Positions 21,583-32,398 of a DNA stretch of 64,000 bases are shown one piece after another (within the stretch, counting starts at the first letter, position 1; each line of letters opens with the position of its first letter). Origin of the DNA: Candidatus Kapaibacterium sp. (GTDB taxonomy: Bacteria > Bacteroidota > Ignavibacteria > Kapaibacteriales > UBA2268); NCBI GenBank assembly GCA_963664875.1, contig OY761611.1:2208001-2272000 (forward strand), written 5' to 3'. A program made the translations under genes and the position numbers. Below the pieces are notes generated by a model that saw only the letters and a list, made by a program, of their open reading frames with translations, made no database searches and was not told the DNA's origin.

Positions 21583-24500
21583 ATGAGCTTACGTGTACGA
21601 AGTAAAATTGTATTGCTTGCCAATATTTGTATTACGCTGCCTTTGGCTATCATCATTTCCATAATTTTTATTGAAAAAAATGGTGCCGCAGAAGAAAATC
21701 TCACTATTATCAATGAAATGACTAAAGATAATTTGTCTCAGATTAGTAAAAACGTTTATGCTATATGTAATGCATCAAATAGTGTTATAAACTCTAAGCT
21801 AAATAGTAGCATCAAACTACTCGAAGAAAAAATTGCTCAAAAAGGTGGCTTAAATCTCTCTGATGAAACTGCCTCATGGGAAGCGATAAATCAATTCGAT
21901 AAAAGTAGCCTCAGCTTAGATTTGCCCAAAGTATTACTTGGTAAAAACTGGCTTGGACAAAATGCGGATGTAAATACCGAAACACCATTGCTTGATAACG
22001 TTGCAGATATTATGGATGCTACGTTTACCATTTTCCAAAGGATGAATGAGCAAGGTGACATGCTTAGGGTTGCGACTACTATAAGGAAATTGGACGATAC
22101 TCGTGCTATCGGGACTTTCATTCCTGCAACCAACCCTACCGGCGAAGCCAACCCTGTAATTAGTAAAATAATGAATAAAGAAGAATATCGTGGTTCTGCA
22201 TTTGTAGTAAATAAAGTTTACCAGACTGTTTACAAACCTTTGCTTGATGATGCGGGTGAGGTAATAGGAATACTTTATGTAGGGGTAAGGCAAGAGCAGG
22301 ATGAAGGCTTGCGTCAAAGCATTATGGATATTAAGGTAGGTAAAACCGGATATGTATATATCTTGCAGGGCAAGGGACCAAAACAAGGTGAATATGTTAT
22401 ATCTTACTTAGGCAAAAGAGATGGGGAAAATCTCATGACTTCTGACAATCCGGCTGTTGCTAAGGTTGGCAAAGATGTAGTTGAGATTGCTCTTAAACTC
22501 AAAGGCAATGAAACCGGCTTGTACGAATATGGATGGAAAAACGAAGGCGAATCAGAGCCAAGAGACAAAATTACACTTATCAATTACTACGCTCCCTGGG
22601 ATTGGGTAATCGGAGTTGGAGCTTACAAAGAAGATTTTATGACAATTAGTGAAAAAATGTTGGCTTCTTTGGATAAATTGATATTGATTAGTGTTGTTAC
22701 TGCTCTTATAGTGAATGGGATACTCGGTTTATTTGTTTTTGGCTATATCAAACGTATGATGAAGCCTCTTGAAGACATGGCGATTGCAGCTAAAAATCTT
22801 GCACTTGGCAACATCAATAATAAAATCGATTACGCAAATGAAGATGAAATAGGAGAACTTGCAGATTCATTTAGAGCGATGCAAGGAAGCCTTACAAATA
22901 TTATTGATGAAATCGCTATTGTAACAGAAAGTGTTTCCAACGGACAACTCGACAGAAGAGGCAAAGCCGGATCTTTCAATGGTTCGTATAGAGACATTGT
23001 CGAAGGACTTAATGGCACACTTGATGCTGTAATCAAACCTCTTAATGTAACTGCTGAGTATTTGGACAGAATCTCTAAAGGAGACATTCCAACAAAAATA
23101 TCAGAAGATTACAAAGGCGATTTTAACGAAATCAAAAACAATATAAACCAACTTATCGATAGTTTGAATTTCTTTGTTGATGACATGCTTGGTATGTATG
23201 AAAACCAGAAAGCCGGCGAACTTGATGTAATGATGCAATCTGATAAACTACTTGGTGTATATCACAAAATGGCAGAAGGTGTAAACAATGTTGCAAAAAT
23301 ACATATCAACAACATTTTAAAGATTCTTGACATTCTGAAATCTTATGCAGAAGGCGACCTGACACCTGTGTTGGAAAAACTTCCGGGCAAACAGATAATT
23401 GCTAATGAAAGGCTGGACTTGCTTCGCAATACTCTAAATAAAATCATCACAGAGCTAAATTCGGTTTCTGTAAATATTGAGGCAGGACAATTGGCATACA
23501 GAGCCAACTCTGACAGTTTCGAAGGTGCCTACAAAGAAATCATTCTTGGCCTCAACGGAAGTCTGGAAATGGTAATTTCTCCTTTGAATATTACTGCTGA
23601 ATATCTAAGCAAAATTTCAAGAGGTGAAATACCACCGAAATTTGAAGATGAAGCAAAAGGAGACTTCATCCTAATCAAAAACAGCGTAAATACGCTTATA
23701 GACAATTTGAACTTGTTCATTTCCGACATGCTTCACAATTACAAAGAGCATGAAGCCGGTGATTTTGATGCGTTTATAGACTCTTCGCAGTATCAGGGTG
23801 CCTTTGCAGATATGACAATAGGAGTCAATAACTCTATCAACCTTTATTCTTCACTGCTCGGCGAAATACTAAATATTGTAGAATCTTATGCGAACGGTGA
23901 CTTTGATAAATTACTCAAAGAGCTGCCCGGCAAACAAAAAGATGCTAACAACAGAATGAATCTTCTCAGAACAAATCTGCTTAATGTGGTGACTGAATTG
24001 GAAGACCTTTCTGCAGCAGTTCGCAGAGGCGATTTGGCTTATAACTGCGATGCAAGTAAGTTTAAACAGGATTGGGCAAAACTTGTAGCAGGTCTAAATG
24101 CTATGAAAGATGAAGTAGCCAAACCGGTTAATGAAATCAATAATATTTTGAGTAAAATTGCAGTGAATGACCATGTTGTAGAATTTAGTCCCGGCTACGA
24201 AGGCTTGTGGTTAGAGCTGCAAGACTATACTAAAGGAGTTCTCTCTAGAATCCAAAACGTAGTCCGCATACTTAAAAATATTAGTGTAGGCAATTTGGCT
24301 GATGTTGTAGATCTGAAACGTGTAGGAAAGCGTAGCGATAATGACGAATTAATTCCATCTATGATTCTAATGATTGAGTCAATACAAGCACTTGTTGATG
24401 ACGCAGAATTGCTCGCGAAACACGCAGCAGACGGCTCCCTTGACAAACGTGCAGACGAAAATGCCCACAAAGGTGAATATAAAAATGTAATCGCCGGATT

Positions 24501-25842
24501 TAATAAAACTATTGACAATCTTGTGTCACCACTTAGGATAGCAGCTTCGTTTGCAGATGCTATAAGCAAAGGCAGCAAATTTGAAAAGCTTGCTGATGAT
24601 TATCAGGGTGAATACAAAATCATGGCAACTAATATTAATATTTGCTTAACCGTAATGGAAAACTTCGCAGAGGATATTTATAATCAGACACAAGCATCAA
24701 TCAATGGACAACTGGATCTTAGGACTGATGTGACCAAATACGATGGTAATTGGAAGTCCATGGTAGCGGGCATGAATAATATTATGGATGCTATGTCAGC
24801 TCCACTTTCTGAAGCCGGAAATGTCCTCGAAGAACTTGCTTCAGGTGATTTGCGTTCTAGGATGCAAGGGGCTTACGAGGGAGAATTTGATAAACTCAGC
24901 AATAATGTAAACAAGCTTGGTAATTCTCTTCAAGATTTAATCAGAAATGTGGTTGAAGTTGTAGAAGCAGTCTCAGTTGCGTCTAATCAAATCAGCATCA
25001 ATTCCAATACTGTTGCCACTGCCTCGCAAGAGCAGAGCTCACAAGCGGAAGAAATTGCAACTGCAATTGAACAAATGGCAAGAACCGTTATGGAAAATGC
25101 AGATAATGCCTCCAGCACTTCTGATGAAGCAAAAACAAACGGTAATATTGCCCGAGATGGCGGAGAAATTGTAGCACAGACAGTTTTAAAAATGCAGGAC
25201 ATAGCTACTGTTGTAAGCCAATCCGCTTCAAACATTCAAAAACTTGGAGAATCAGGAAAGCAGATAGGTCAGATTATTTCAGTTATCGAAGAGATAGCCG
25301 ATCAAACAAATCTACTTGCTTTGAATGCCGCTATTGAAGCAGCCCGAGCCGGAGAGCAAGGTCGTGGCTTTGCAGTTGTTGCCGACGAGGTAAGAAAATT
25401 AGCAGAAAGAACCACAGAAGCAACTAAGCAAATATCCAACATGATAAAAGGGGTTCAAAACGAAACAGAATCAGCAGTAACTATAATGAACAAAGGAAAT
25501 CAAGAAGTAAATCTTGGTATCCAGTTTGCAGATAAAGCAGGTCAATCTCTGTCAAATATCGTGAACAGTACAAACAAAGTAATAGAGATGATAATGCACA
25601 TAGCAGCTGCAAGCGAAGAACAATCTGCTACTACAGAAGAAATAGCCAAAAACATAGCAGCTATCTCTAATGTATCGCAGGATACTGCAGAGCAAATTTC
25701 TCACATAGCAGAAGCAGCTAATAGAATGAACGAATACACTTCTCAGCTAAATTTGGTCATCAATCAATTTAAAATAGACGATTTTGCAGGCGATGAAGAT
25801 TTTAGAATTGATGCAAGTCAATCAAAGTACTTACTTTCATAA
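21583..25842 (+). CDS. Methyl-accepting chemotaxis protein, Cache_3/Cache_2-type sensor + poly-HAMP
   Basis: [26 protein letters not shown] and [17 protein letters not shown] Cache motifs, HAMP repeats, MCP signalling motif; AGGAG RBS before MSLRV. Confidence 0.92.
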   Translation: MSLRVRSKIVLLANICITLPLAIIISIIFIEKNGAAEENLTIINEMTKDNLSQISKNVYAICNASNSVINSKLNSSIKLLEEKIAQKGGLNLSDETASWEAINQFDKSSLSLDLPKVLLGKNWLGQNADVNTETPLLDNVADIMDATFTIFQRMNEQGDMLRVATTIRKLDDTRAIGTFIPATNPTGEANPVISKIMNKEEYRGSAFVVNKVYQTVYKPLLDDAGEVIGILYVGVRQEQDEGLRQSIMDIKVGKTGYVYILQGKGPKQGEYVISYLGKRDGENLMTSDNPAVAKVGKDVVEIALKLKGNETGLYEYGWKNEGESEPRDKITLINYYAPWDWVIGVGAYKEDFMTISEKMLASLDKLILISVVTALIVNGILGLFVFGYIKRMMKPLEDMAIAAKNLALGNINNKIDYANEDEIGELADSFRAMQGSLTNIIDEIAIVTESVSNGQLDRRGKAGSFNGSYRDIVEGLNGTLDAVIKPLNVTAEYLDRISKGDIPTKISEDYKGDFNEIKNNINQLIDSLNFFVDDMLGMYENQKAGELDVMMQSDKLLGVYHKMAEGVNNVAKIHINNILKILDILKSYAEGDLTPVLEKLPGKQIIANERLDLLRNTLNKIITELNSVSVNIEAGQLAYRANSDSFEGAYKEIILGLNGSLEMVISPLNITAEYLSKISRGEIPPKFEDEAKGDFILIKNSVNTLIDNLNLFISDMLHNYKEHEAGDFDAFIDSSQYQGAFADMTIGVNNSINLYSSLLGEILNIVESYANGDFDKLLKELPGKQKDANNRMNLLRTNLLNVVTELEDLSAAVRRGDLAYNCDASKFKQDWAKLVAGLNAMKDEVAKPVNEINNILSKIAVNDHVVEFSPGYEGLWLELQDYTKGVLSRIQNVVRILKNISVGNLADVVDLKRVGKRSDNDELIPSMILMIESIQALVDDAELLAKHAADGSLDKRADENAHKGEYKNVIAGFNKTIDNLVSPLRIAASFADAISKGSKFEKLADDYQGEYKIMATNINICLTVMENFAEDIYNQTQASINGQLDLRTDVTKYDGNWKSMVAGMNNIMDAMSAPLSEAGNVLEELASGDLRSRMQGAYEGEFDKLSNNVNKLGNSLQDLIRNVVEVVEAVSVASNQISINSNTVATASQEQSSQAEEIATAIEQMARTVMENADNASSTSDEAKTNGNIARDGGEIVAQTVLKMQDIATVVSQSASNIQKLGESGKQIGQIISVIEEIADQTNLLALNAAIEAARAGEQGRGFAVVADEVRKLAERTTEATKQISNMIKGVQNETESAVTIMNKGNQEVNLGIQFADKAGQSLSNIVNSTNKVIEMIMHIAAASEEQSATTEEIAKNIAAISNVSQDTAEQISHIAEAANRMNEYTSQLNLVINQFKIDDFAGDEDFRIDASQSKYLLS

Positions 25843-25860
25843 TCACAAACAACACTAACA

Positions 25861-25894
25861 CAAAAGGTCGCAGGTTTACATCTGCGACCTTTTG
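25861..25894 (+). terminator. Rho-independent terminator
   Basis: caaaaggtcgcag-gtttacat-ctgcgaccttttg. Confidence 0.8.
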
Positions 25895-25953
25895 TATTAT
25901 TGCAGTTTTTTACATTTGACGACCAATTTACTTCGTTATCTTGTTTCTTGGTG

Positions 25954-26201
25954 GGAGCTGTCTCATAAGTCAAAAACTGAATGGCATTCCAAAATTTGGC
26001 GACTTTAACCGCAAGCTACGCTACGACTCGCTTTGCTTGCTCAGTAACTTTATGTGGTTGGACTGATGTAACTCCTTGCAAACGAGAAAGGTTACTGAGC
26101 TTGTCGAAGTATAGCCGTCTGCAGAAACAAGTTTGACTTTTTTATAAGTTACTGTATCTACAAGATTTTTAATGTAAAAAGAGCACTTATGAGACAGCCT
26201 C
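25954..26201. mobile_element. MITE-like non-autonomous element with terminal inverted repeats and an internal REP-like hairpin
   Basis: Perfect 14-bp IR gctgtctcataagt (25957-25970) / acttatgagacagc (26185-26198); internal stem gctcagtaac (26039) / gttactgagc (26091) next to gagcttgtcgaag; no transposase. Confidence 0.6.
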
Positions 26202-26298
26202 TTCAATGATTCAATAAGTAGGAGTTGCCTACAAGAATCTTAAAATTGTAATGACAAATTTCAGTTTATCTATCATTATAGCTATATGCGATAAAATC

Positions 26299-26346
26299 AA
26301 AAAAGCAGCTAATTCAAAACTGTTATTTACGAATTAGCTGCTTTTT
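26299..26346 (-). terminator. Rho-independent terminator downstream of the OmpA-family gene
   Basis: aaaaagcagctaattc...gaattagctgcttttt. Confidence 0.75.
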
Positions 26347-26366
26347 GTTATTCACAATAAGGGGTA

Positions 26367-28301
26367 CTATTTTGCTAAAGGAATCACATCTACTATAACA
26401 TTTCGGTTATAAAATCTGCCCTCAGGCAAATCATTATTAAATGTTGCAGGAGTCATTGCTTCGCCGTAACCAATAGCTTCTGTATATATATTTTTTGATG
26501 ACTTTTTAAATTCATCGTCAAAAATATCCTTTACTTCATTAGCTCTTTTTAGAGATAAAGTTTTATTCCCTGAAGTTGAGCCAATCAAATCTGTATGCCC
26601 GTGAATCATAACTTTATTGCCTTCGGCTATTCTACCAGCCATATCGTTGCGAATAGTCTGTTCATTGGCAATTACAGCATCAGATTGAGCATAATTAAAT
26701 ATTACAGAGAATCTATTGCCGATTGATTCAGAGTCAACAATTTTTTTGAGGAAAAATTCGCCGGATTCGACTACATCCCCGCTTGAAGTGTTCATGGTGA
26801 TGTTAGCAGTGAAATCACCTTCTTCTTTGCCTTTAAGCATATCAATAGGATTGATACGTTCGTTATTAGTTTCAAAAGGTCCGTATGTAAAAGATTTTCC
26901 ATTATCATCAGTAACTACGACATTCCAAGAATTAAAAGTTTGCGACGGATCAATGGAGACAATAATATCATTATCAACAGAAGCCTCGTCTATAGTACGA
27001 ATCCAAATAGGTGCATACATTTCGATTTTGTCAAACATAAAAGAGACCCGTCTGTTTTCCTGACGGATTCTTGTTTTTTCAGCTGCAGGAGTAGCAGATG
27101 TTCCTGAAGGAATATCCGGCATTTCCTGACCGATGACTTCAATTCTGTTTGCGTCGATTCCGCCAATATTTACCATATAATCTTTGATTTTGTTGGCAAG
27201 CATTTCACCGTCTTTGCTTACAGGAGCAGAACCAACAAGTTTAACTGTAGCGTCGTCATATTCTCTCATTCTGGCGATATAAATATTCAAAAGATTGTAG
27301 TACACGTACATTTGCTGTTCTGTTCTGCTCATTGTTTTTAAGTTCTGGTTTTCAGTCAAATCTTTAAGATCTTCTTCTTTGAAGGTGCCGGCTTGCTCTT
27401 TAGTAAGCAACATATAACGCTGCGGTATCTCTTGATTATCAATATCAAAAAACACATGGCTTGCAAGCGGGAAAGCTTCATCAACTTTTCTTATATAAAC
27501 ATTGCCGTTTTGCGGAGTGTTAAGTCTTGCTTTGTTGTAGTTATTGCGATACTCTTTTTCTGCAAGCGGAGTGTGAATGTAAGCCATTAGCCCCAAGCGG
27601 ATAGTGGAAGTTGACCAGACATCATCAAACGAGTTCTGAAAATCTGTGAAGTCGCTGCCTTTCTGGTTGGCAAGCAAAGCATACTCTACAAACGGAGAAA
27701 GCATAAAACTACTTGATTTGCCAACTTTACTTACTTCGAAATCATAAGATGCACCAAGATTAAAGCCATAAGCCATAGAACTGATATTTTCTATATCAAC
27801 ATCTTCCTCTGTAGGGTTTGAAGCTCCTGAAGGTGTGAAAGAATATTTGCCGCTCATTTTAAATCCGAGCACCGGGCCAAAATAGGGCTCAAATCCACCA
27901 AGAGCATCTGTGCTTAATTTGAGCATTGGCTCAAAAGTGAAGTAAGAAGCCTTGAGATCGAATTCAGGATTAGGAGTATATGTTTCGTCTTTCACTGATG
28001 CGTTTCGCGAATCAAACGCGAGTCTTAGCTGTAGATTCCACCAGTCACCTGAGCGGTACTCAGCGAATGCTCCTAAGTAAGGAGCCAAAGAAGTGCCGTC
28101 ATTAGTAACCTTATCAATAAAATCGCCACCCTGCGAACTTAGGTTCTGGTAGCCTAAGCCTGCCATATTGATGTTGATTCCGGGAACAATACCGTAGCGT
28201 ATTGCTTCATTTGATGATGCCTTGCCGGCTGTAATGACTTTCTGAGAAAAAGCATTGACAGAGAGCAAAGCGAATGCTAATACCAAGAATATTTTATACA
28301 T
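26367..28301 (-). CDS. Outer-membrane beta-barrel (PorT-like) + tandem OmpA-like domains
   Basis: Signal peptide MYKIFLVLAFALLSVNAFSQ, N-terminal barrel strands, internal OmpA-like domain (HVFFD...ENRRVSF), C-terminal IHGHTDLIGS..NKTLSLKRA..GYGE..NRNV. Confidence 0.8.
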   Translation of the reverse strand: MYKIFLVLAFALLSVNAFSQKVITAGKASSNEAIRYGIVPGININMAGLGYQNLSSQGGDFIDKVTNDGTSLAPYLGAFAEYRSGDWWNLQLRLAFDSRNASVKDETYTPNPEFDLKASYFTFEPMLKLSTDALGGFEPYFGPVLGFKMSGKYSFTPSGASNPTEEDVDIENISSMAYGFNLGASYDFEVSKVGKSSSFMLSPFVEYALLANQKGSDFTDFQNSFDDVWSTSTIRLGLMAYIHTPLAEKEYRNNYNKARLNTPQNGNVYIRKVDEAFPLASHVFFDIDNQEIPQRYMLLTKEQAGTFKEEDLKDLTENQNLKTMSRTEQQMYVYYNLLNIYIARMREYDDATVKLVGSAPVSKDGEMLANKIKDYMVNIGGIDANRIEVIGQEMPDIPSGTSATPAAEKTRIRQENRRVSFMFDKIEMYAPIWIRTIDEASVDNDIIVSIDPSQTFNSWNVVVTDDNGKSFTYGPFETNNERINPIDMLKGKEEGDFTANITMNTSSGDVVESGEFFLKKIVDSESIGNRFSVIFNYAQSDAVIANEQTIRNDMAGRIAEGNKVMIHGHTDLIGSTSGNKTLSLKRANEVKDIFDDEFKKSSKNIYTEAIGYGEAMTPATFNNDLPEGRFYNRNVIVDVIPLAK

Positions 28302-28377
28302 TTTGTTATCCCATAGTAGTTTAAAAAAATATACCACAAGACGGTGAATATTGTTATATATTTCTCGGTATTATTAC

Positions 28378-29457
28378 TTAATTGACTATTTCACTTGGAT
28401 TTAGTCCGGTCTTAACATTTGCAACCGGTTTAGAAAAATTCTTATATTTGAAAATGAAAACTTCCCCGCTATTCTGATAGTCCTTAGCATTAGACACCGC
28501 TACAGCATCTAAAGCAGGCAATATTCCTAAACCGTAAAGATTGGCTCGGCTGTCTCCGATGTCCCATAATTTGATTAGTGTCCTGTCAGCAGAAACAAGG
28601 TCAATAACATACAAAGCAGACTTATCAATAACAAACAAACTATCTTGAGTTGAGCTAAGTTCCATCTCTACAGGATGAACATCCCATTCCGCAGTTATTA
28701 CTTTGCTATCAGGGGAGTATTCTATAATCTTCGGCATTGCAGGGTCTGCAGACGGATAATCTGTAGATCCGAAGTAAAGTTTATTGTGTTTATTACTTGC
28801 CAAAGCTCTCATAGGATTGTGAGGCACTGCAAAATTATCAACTTCCGCAAAGTTATTGATATCATAAACAGAAACAGTCCCGGCTTTTTCTTTATCCTTC
28901 AAAAAATCTCCGTAACCGGAATTTACTACGTAAACAAATCCATTTAAATAAGCTACTTCCTCAGGAGCAGGACCTGTTGGGATGCCGTATTGGAGGATCT
29001 CCATAGTGCTTGGATTAAATGCATGCATTGTATGTGCAAAAATATCAGTTACAAAAGCCAAATCTTTGTTTACATATACCATTTCTTTTAGACCTTTAGC
29101 CGGCGAGTCAAATACTAATCTTCCAATAGCTTTGCCTGAATGTATATCGATTTTTAAAATATATTTTGAAGTGGTCATAGCTATCCACAGCGTATCTTCA
29201 ATGTTAATCATAGAATTTGCCAAATCTCCGAGCTCGAATTCAGGATTGTGATTTTTAAACCAGTATTGCTCGGCTTCGAAGGTCTCAGGATTAATAGCTG
29301 TAAGCGAAGAATTTGCTTGCCCCCACAAACCTTCGTTCATTACAAAAATCGGATTGACATTTTTGTCGATAGGTGGGTTCGTGATAGAATCAGGTTCGTC
29401 TGTACACGAAGCAAATAGCAATACAAAGCCAAATAATATATATCTGAGAGATTTCAT
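28378..29457 (-). CDS. YncE-type beta-propeller surface lipoprotein, BtuG-like cobalamin-binding protein
   Basis: Lipobox LFASC; FVMNEGLWGQANSSL..N...LGDLANSM; YV.NSG; DYQNSGEV; lies in the B12 riboswitch operon. Confidence 0.75.
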   Translation of the reverse strand: MKSLRYILFGFVLLFASCTDEPDSITNPPIDKNVNPIFVMNEGLWGQANSSLTAINPETFEAEQYWFKNHNPEFELGDLANSMINIEDTLWIAMTTSKYILKIDIHSGKAIGRLVFDSPAKGLKEMVYVNKDLAFVTDIFAHTMHAFNPSTMEILQYGIPTGPAPEEVAYLNGFVYVVNSGYGDFLKDKEKAGTVSVYDINNFAEVDNFAVPHNPMRALASNKHNKLYFGSTDYPSADPAMPKIIEYSPDSKVITAEWDVHPVEMELSSTQDSLFVIDKSALYVIDLVSADRTLIKLWDIGDSRANLYGLGILPALDAVAVSNAKDYQNSGEVFIFKYKNFSKPVANVKTGLNPSEIVN

Positions 29458-29544
29458 TTTATTTATTCCGGTTTTTATGGCAAAGTCGCAAAAATATTAT
29501 CCGTTTACATCTATTCCAAGGTAATCTCAGAGTTAATTACCTAA

Positions 29545-30408
29545 CTATCTAATCATCAGCTTTTTGGCATATACCTTGCCTTCTGTAAATACCTGAAGGA
29601 AATAGATACCTGCCGGCAATGAGTTGGTTGCAATTATAGGATTGCTGCCCTCTATGACAGTCTCTCCGGCTAAGTTGTAAAGTTTATATTCGATTTTCAG
29701 AGATGATTCTATCGCAATATAGTCAGAGTAATATCTTAGATTTATATTGTCAGGTAATTCATTGATACTATTGGTTTGGTGTCTCACATAGTGAGCAAGC
29801 ACAGCATCTAAATCAAAGCCCGATAGCATTACTAAAGGACTATAATAGAATGAGGTAGGATCTAAGGAAGCATAGTGAGCTACGTCTTTGATTTTTATAT
29901 ACGATATTTTTTCCAAACCTAAATCTGCGAGATCGTAACTGTCGCCACCTAATCCGGCATCAGGTGTAGTATCGCCGGGTGCATAAGTCGGAGTCTTACC
30001 CGCGAGGCCATCTAAAGTCAAAGAATCATACGGAAATTCTACGAAATTTACACCGTCTTCGCTGACAGAAATTATTGCAGGTTCTGCAAATATTCTATCC
30101 GCAGCTTCGATATAAAATGCGTTTTCAAAGATAGTAAAATCATTGCCATCGCCGTCAACAATGTAAAAATCTTTGATACCTACTACTATTTCACCTCCAA
30201 GCCCTAAGGAGACTACTTCTGTTTCAGCAGATGCAGGCACAGTGCGGCTTGCCTTGCTGCTGGGGAAACCGAATATGTTTGCAGGGAATACCTCTTCTCC
30301 TCTTCCGTAATCCTGACCTTCGCCCGGGGTAAATGAGTAAACGGTGTCAATCGGCATCTCTGCATGAACAGAAGCGCAAAAAGTAAGTAGGACAAATAAA
30401 AACTTCAT
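29545..30408 (-). CDS. BtuH-like (cell-surface B12-binding) domain with T9SS C-terminal sorting domain
   Basis: VYSFTPGEGQ, SLGLGGEIVVG, DGNDFTIFENAF, EPAIISVS.DG and GFDLDAV resemble Bacteroides BtuH-type domains; C-terminal CTD (YNLAGE...LPAGIYFLQV...KKLMIR). Confidence 0.65.
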   Translation of the reverse strand: MKFLFVLLTFCASVHAEMPIDTVYSFTPGEGQDYGRGEEVFPANIFGFPSSKASRTVPASAETEVVSLGLGGEIVVGIKDFYIVDGDGNDFTIFENAFYIEAADRIFAEPAIISVSEDGVNFVEFPYDSLTLDGLAGKTPTYAPGDTTPDAGLGGDSYDLADLGLEKISYIKIKDVAHYASLDPTSFYYSPLVMLSGFDLDAVLAHYVRHQTNSINELPDNINLRYYSDYIAIESSLKIEYKLYNLAGETVIEGSNPIIATNSLPAGIYFLQVFTEGKVYAKKLMIR

Positions 30409-30412
30409 TATA

Positions 30413-32395
30413 TTATCTCCAATCATACGATATTTTTAGATTCCAATATCTGCCCGGCATTGGGTAGTTTTTTATTATCTGATATTCTTTGTTGTCAAAT
30501 AGATTTTTGAGATCAAACCTTAGAGAAATAGTGTTTTTACCTATCTCATAAGTGTATTTTAGCCCAACATTAGCCAGAAAGTAGCGTCCGAGCATATTGT
30601 CTGTAGTGTTCTCAGCGGTAGTAAATCTATGTGAAATATATTCGCCTTCAAGCGCTAGCAAGGTGTTGTATTTTTCAAAAGCCAGAAGCATATTCAACAT
30701 TTCCTCCGGAGAGTAAACAAGCTGCTTGTTGAAGTTATAGCTGACACCGTCTTGAGTTTTGTCTATCGCAGATTGTAGAGTATAGGCGATGTCAAATTTT
30801 ACCCATTCAAAAGGTGTATATGTGGTATTAAACTCTACACCTTTTGTTTCAACTCGACCAAGGTTTTGAGCAGACCAGGTTATAGGCGATTTGGGCACTG
30901 CTACAATTTGGTCTTTAGTATTTATAAAAAACAAATTACTTTCTATGCTTATGTTTTCAAGTGGAGTAAAGGCAAAACCAAGATTATAAGAATGCGATCT
31001 CTCCGGTTTTAAATCCATGTTCCCAAAATTCATATAATACATTTCGTTGAAGCTTGGAGGACGGAAATTGTATGAATACGAAAACTTAGTTTCAAGTGAA
31101 ATTGCTTCAAAATCATAACTTACACCAAGCATAGGCGAAATAGCAGACATATCTTCAATATAGTCATATCGCAAGGCAACATTGTAATTTAATTCTTGCG
31201 ATTCAGATAGATTTGAACTGCCATAATAAGCCGCACTCATGGCTAAATTGCCTCTTTCGGCTTTTGTTCCAGCCGCTTCCTGTAGCATTTCTCCACGTAA
31301 CTCGTTATACTCCATAGATGTTTCAAAATCCATGACCCCAAATTCACTCATTGAGCTTAGTTTTGCTTTTATTATAGCATTCCTGTCAAAGTAGGTATTA
31401 TCTACTTTATCAGAATTTAGTCCAATTTGAGTACTATCTTGGTAGTTCAATTCTCCAAATTTTGTATAAGCCTTTATAGAGTATATCAAATTATCATTTA
31501 TAATTTTATCAAAATTGAAAAAAGAGTATAAATCTTTTGAATTTAGAGCTGCAGGGGAATATAATTTATTGAGATATGCCGCCCCGGGCACACCTCTGTC
31601 AGAATAAGAGACAACATTCCGAAGGCTAATAGAGTAAGTTTCAAAGCATTTTCCAATTACAATGTTGCCCCGGAGTGATTCGGACTGTGCATTTTCTCTT
31701 TTATATTCCTTTCTGATAGGTTCTTGCCGGTTGTCGAAGCCAAGGACCTCAAAGGGGAAATCTCCATCGCTTTTAGCATATTCGGCATTTACTATCCAAA
31801 AGTATCCACCATCGGAATCGGAGTACTTCGCAGCATATCTCTGAGTGCTAAAAGCACCATGCGTGGCACTCAGAGATAGATTTCTGCGAGGGTTGTTGTC
31901 TGTTAGGACATTTATAGCCCCACCTATGGCGTTGCCGCCAAATAGAGCAGAGGCACCTCCGCGAATGACTTCTATCCGATTTGCTATGTCAGTGGATAAG
32001 ATGCCGAGGTCAAATGCGCCATTCTGCGAAGAGTTTAATTTTATACCGTCTATCATAACTGCTGTCTGATTTGAAGATGTCCCACGCACGGAAACGGTTT
32101 TCAATCCACCAAGACCGCCATAATCTTTTATGTATATACCCGGTACAGAATTAAGCACTTCGTTTATAGTTTCGCTGCCTTTCTGCTCTATGATTGATCT
32201 GCCGATAGTTTTAGATGCCACATATTTCTTAGTGTCGGAGTATTTTACCTTGGAGTCGGTAACAATTACTTTTTCAGTTCGCACAGTGTCAGTCATCGCT
32301 GCAAGAGATGATTGAGACATAATTAAACAAGCTCCGCAACCACAAATCAAATTGCGGAGCTTGCGATAATCCATATTTTTCAGACCACTTAGCAT
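30413..32395 (-). CDS. btuB: TonB-dependent cobalamin receptor (BtuB-like)
   Basis: Plug motifs VPGIYIKDYGGLGGLKTVSVRG and IEVIRGGASALFGGNAIGG; FRPPSFNEMY; ends NLFD...YPMPGRYW; downstream of the B12 riboswitch. Confidence 0.82.
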   Translation of the reverse strand: MLSGLKNMDYRKLRNLICGCGACLIMSQSSLAAMTDTVRTEKVIVTDSKVKYSDTKKYVASKTIGRSIIEQKGSETINEVLNSVPGIYIKDYGGLGGLKTVSVRGTSSNQTAVMIDGIKLNSSQNGAFDLGILSTDIANRIEVIRGGASALFGGNAIGGAINVLTDNNPRRNLSLSATHGAFSTQRYAAKYSDSDGGYFWIVNAEYAKSDGDFPFEVLGFDNRQEPIRKEYKRENAQSESLRGNIVIGKCFETYSISLRNVVSYSDRGVPGAAYLNKLYSPAALNSKDLYSFFNFDKIINDNLIYSIKAYTKFGELNYQDSTQIGLNSDKVDNTYFDRNAIIKAKLSSMSEFGVMDFETSMEYNELRGEMLQEAAGTKAERGNLAMSAAYYGSSNLSESQELNYNVALRYDYIEDMSAISPMLGVSYDFEAISLETKFSYSYNFRPPSFNEMYYMNFGNMDLKPERSHSYNLGFAFTPLENISIESNLFFINTKDQIVAVPKSPITWSAQNLGRVETKGVEFNTTYTPFEWVKFDIAYTLQSAIDKTQDGVSYNFNKQLVYSPEEMLNMLLAFEKYNTLLALEGEYISHRFTTAENTTDNMLGRYFLANVGLKYTYEIGKNTISLRFDLKNLFDNKEYQIIKNYPMPGRYWNLKISYDWR

Positions 32396-32398
32396 GTA

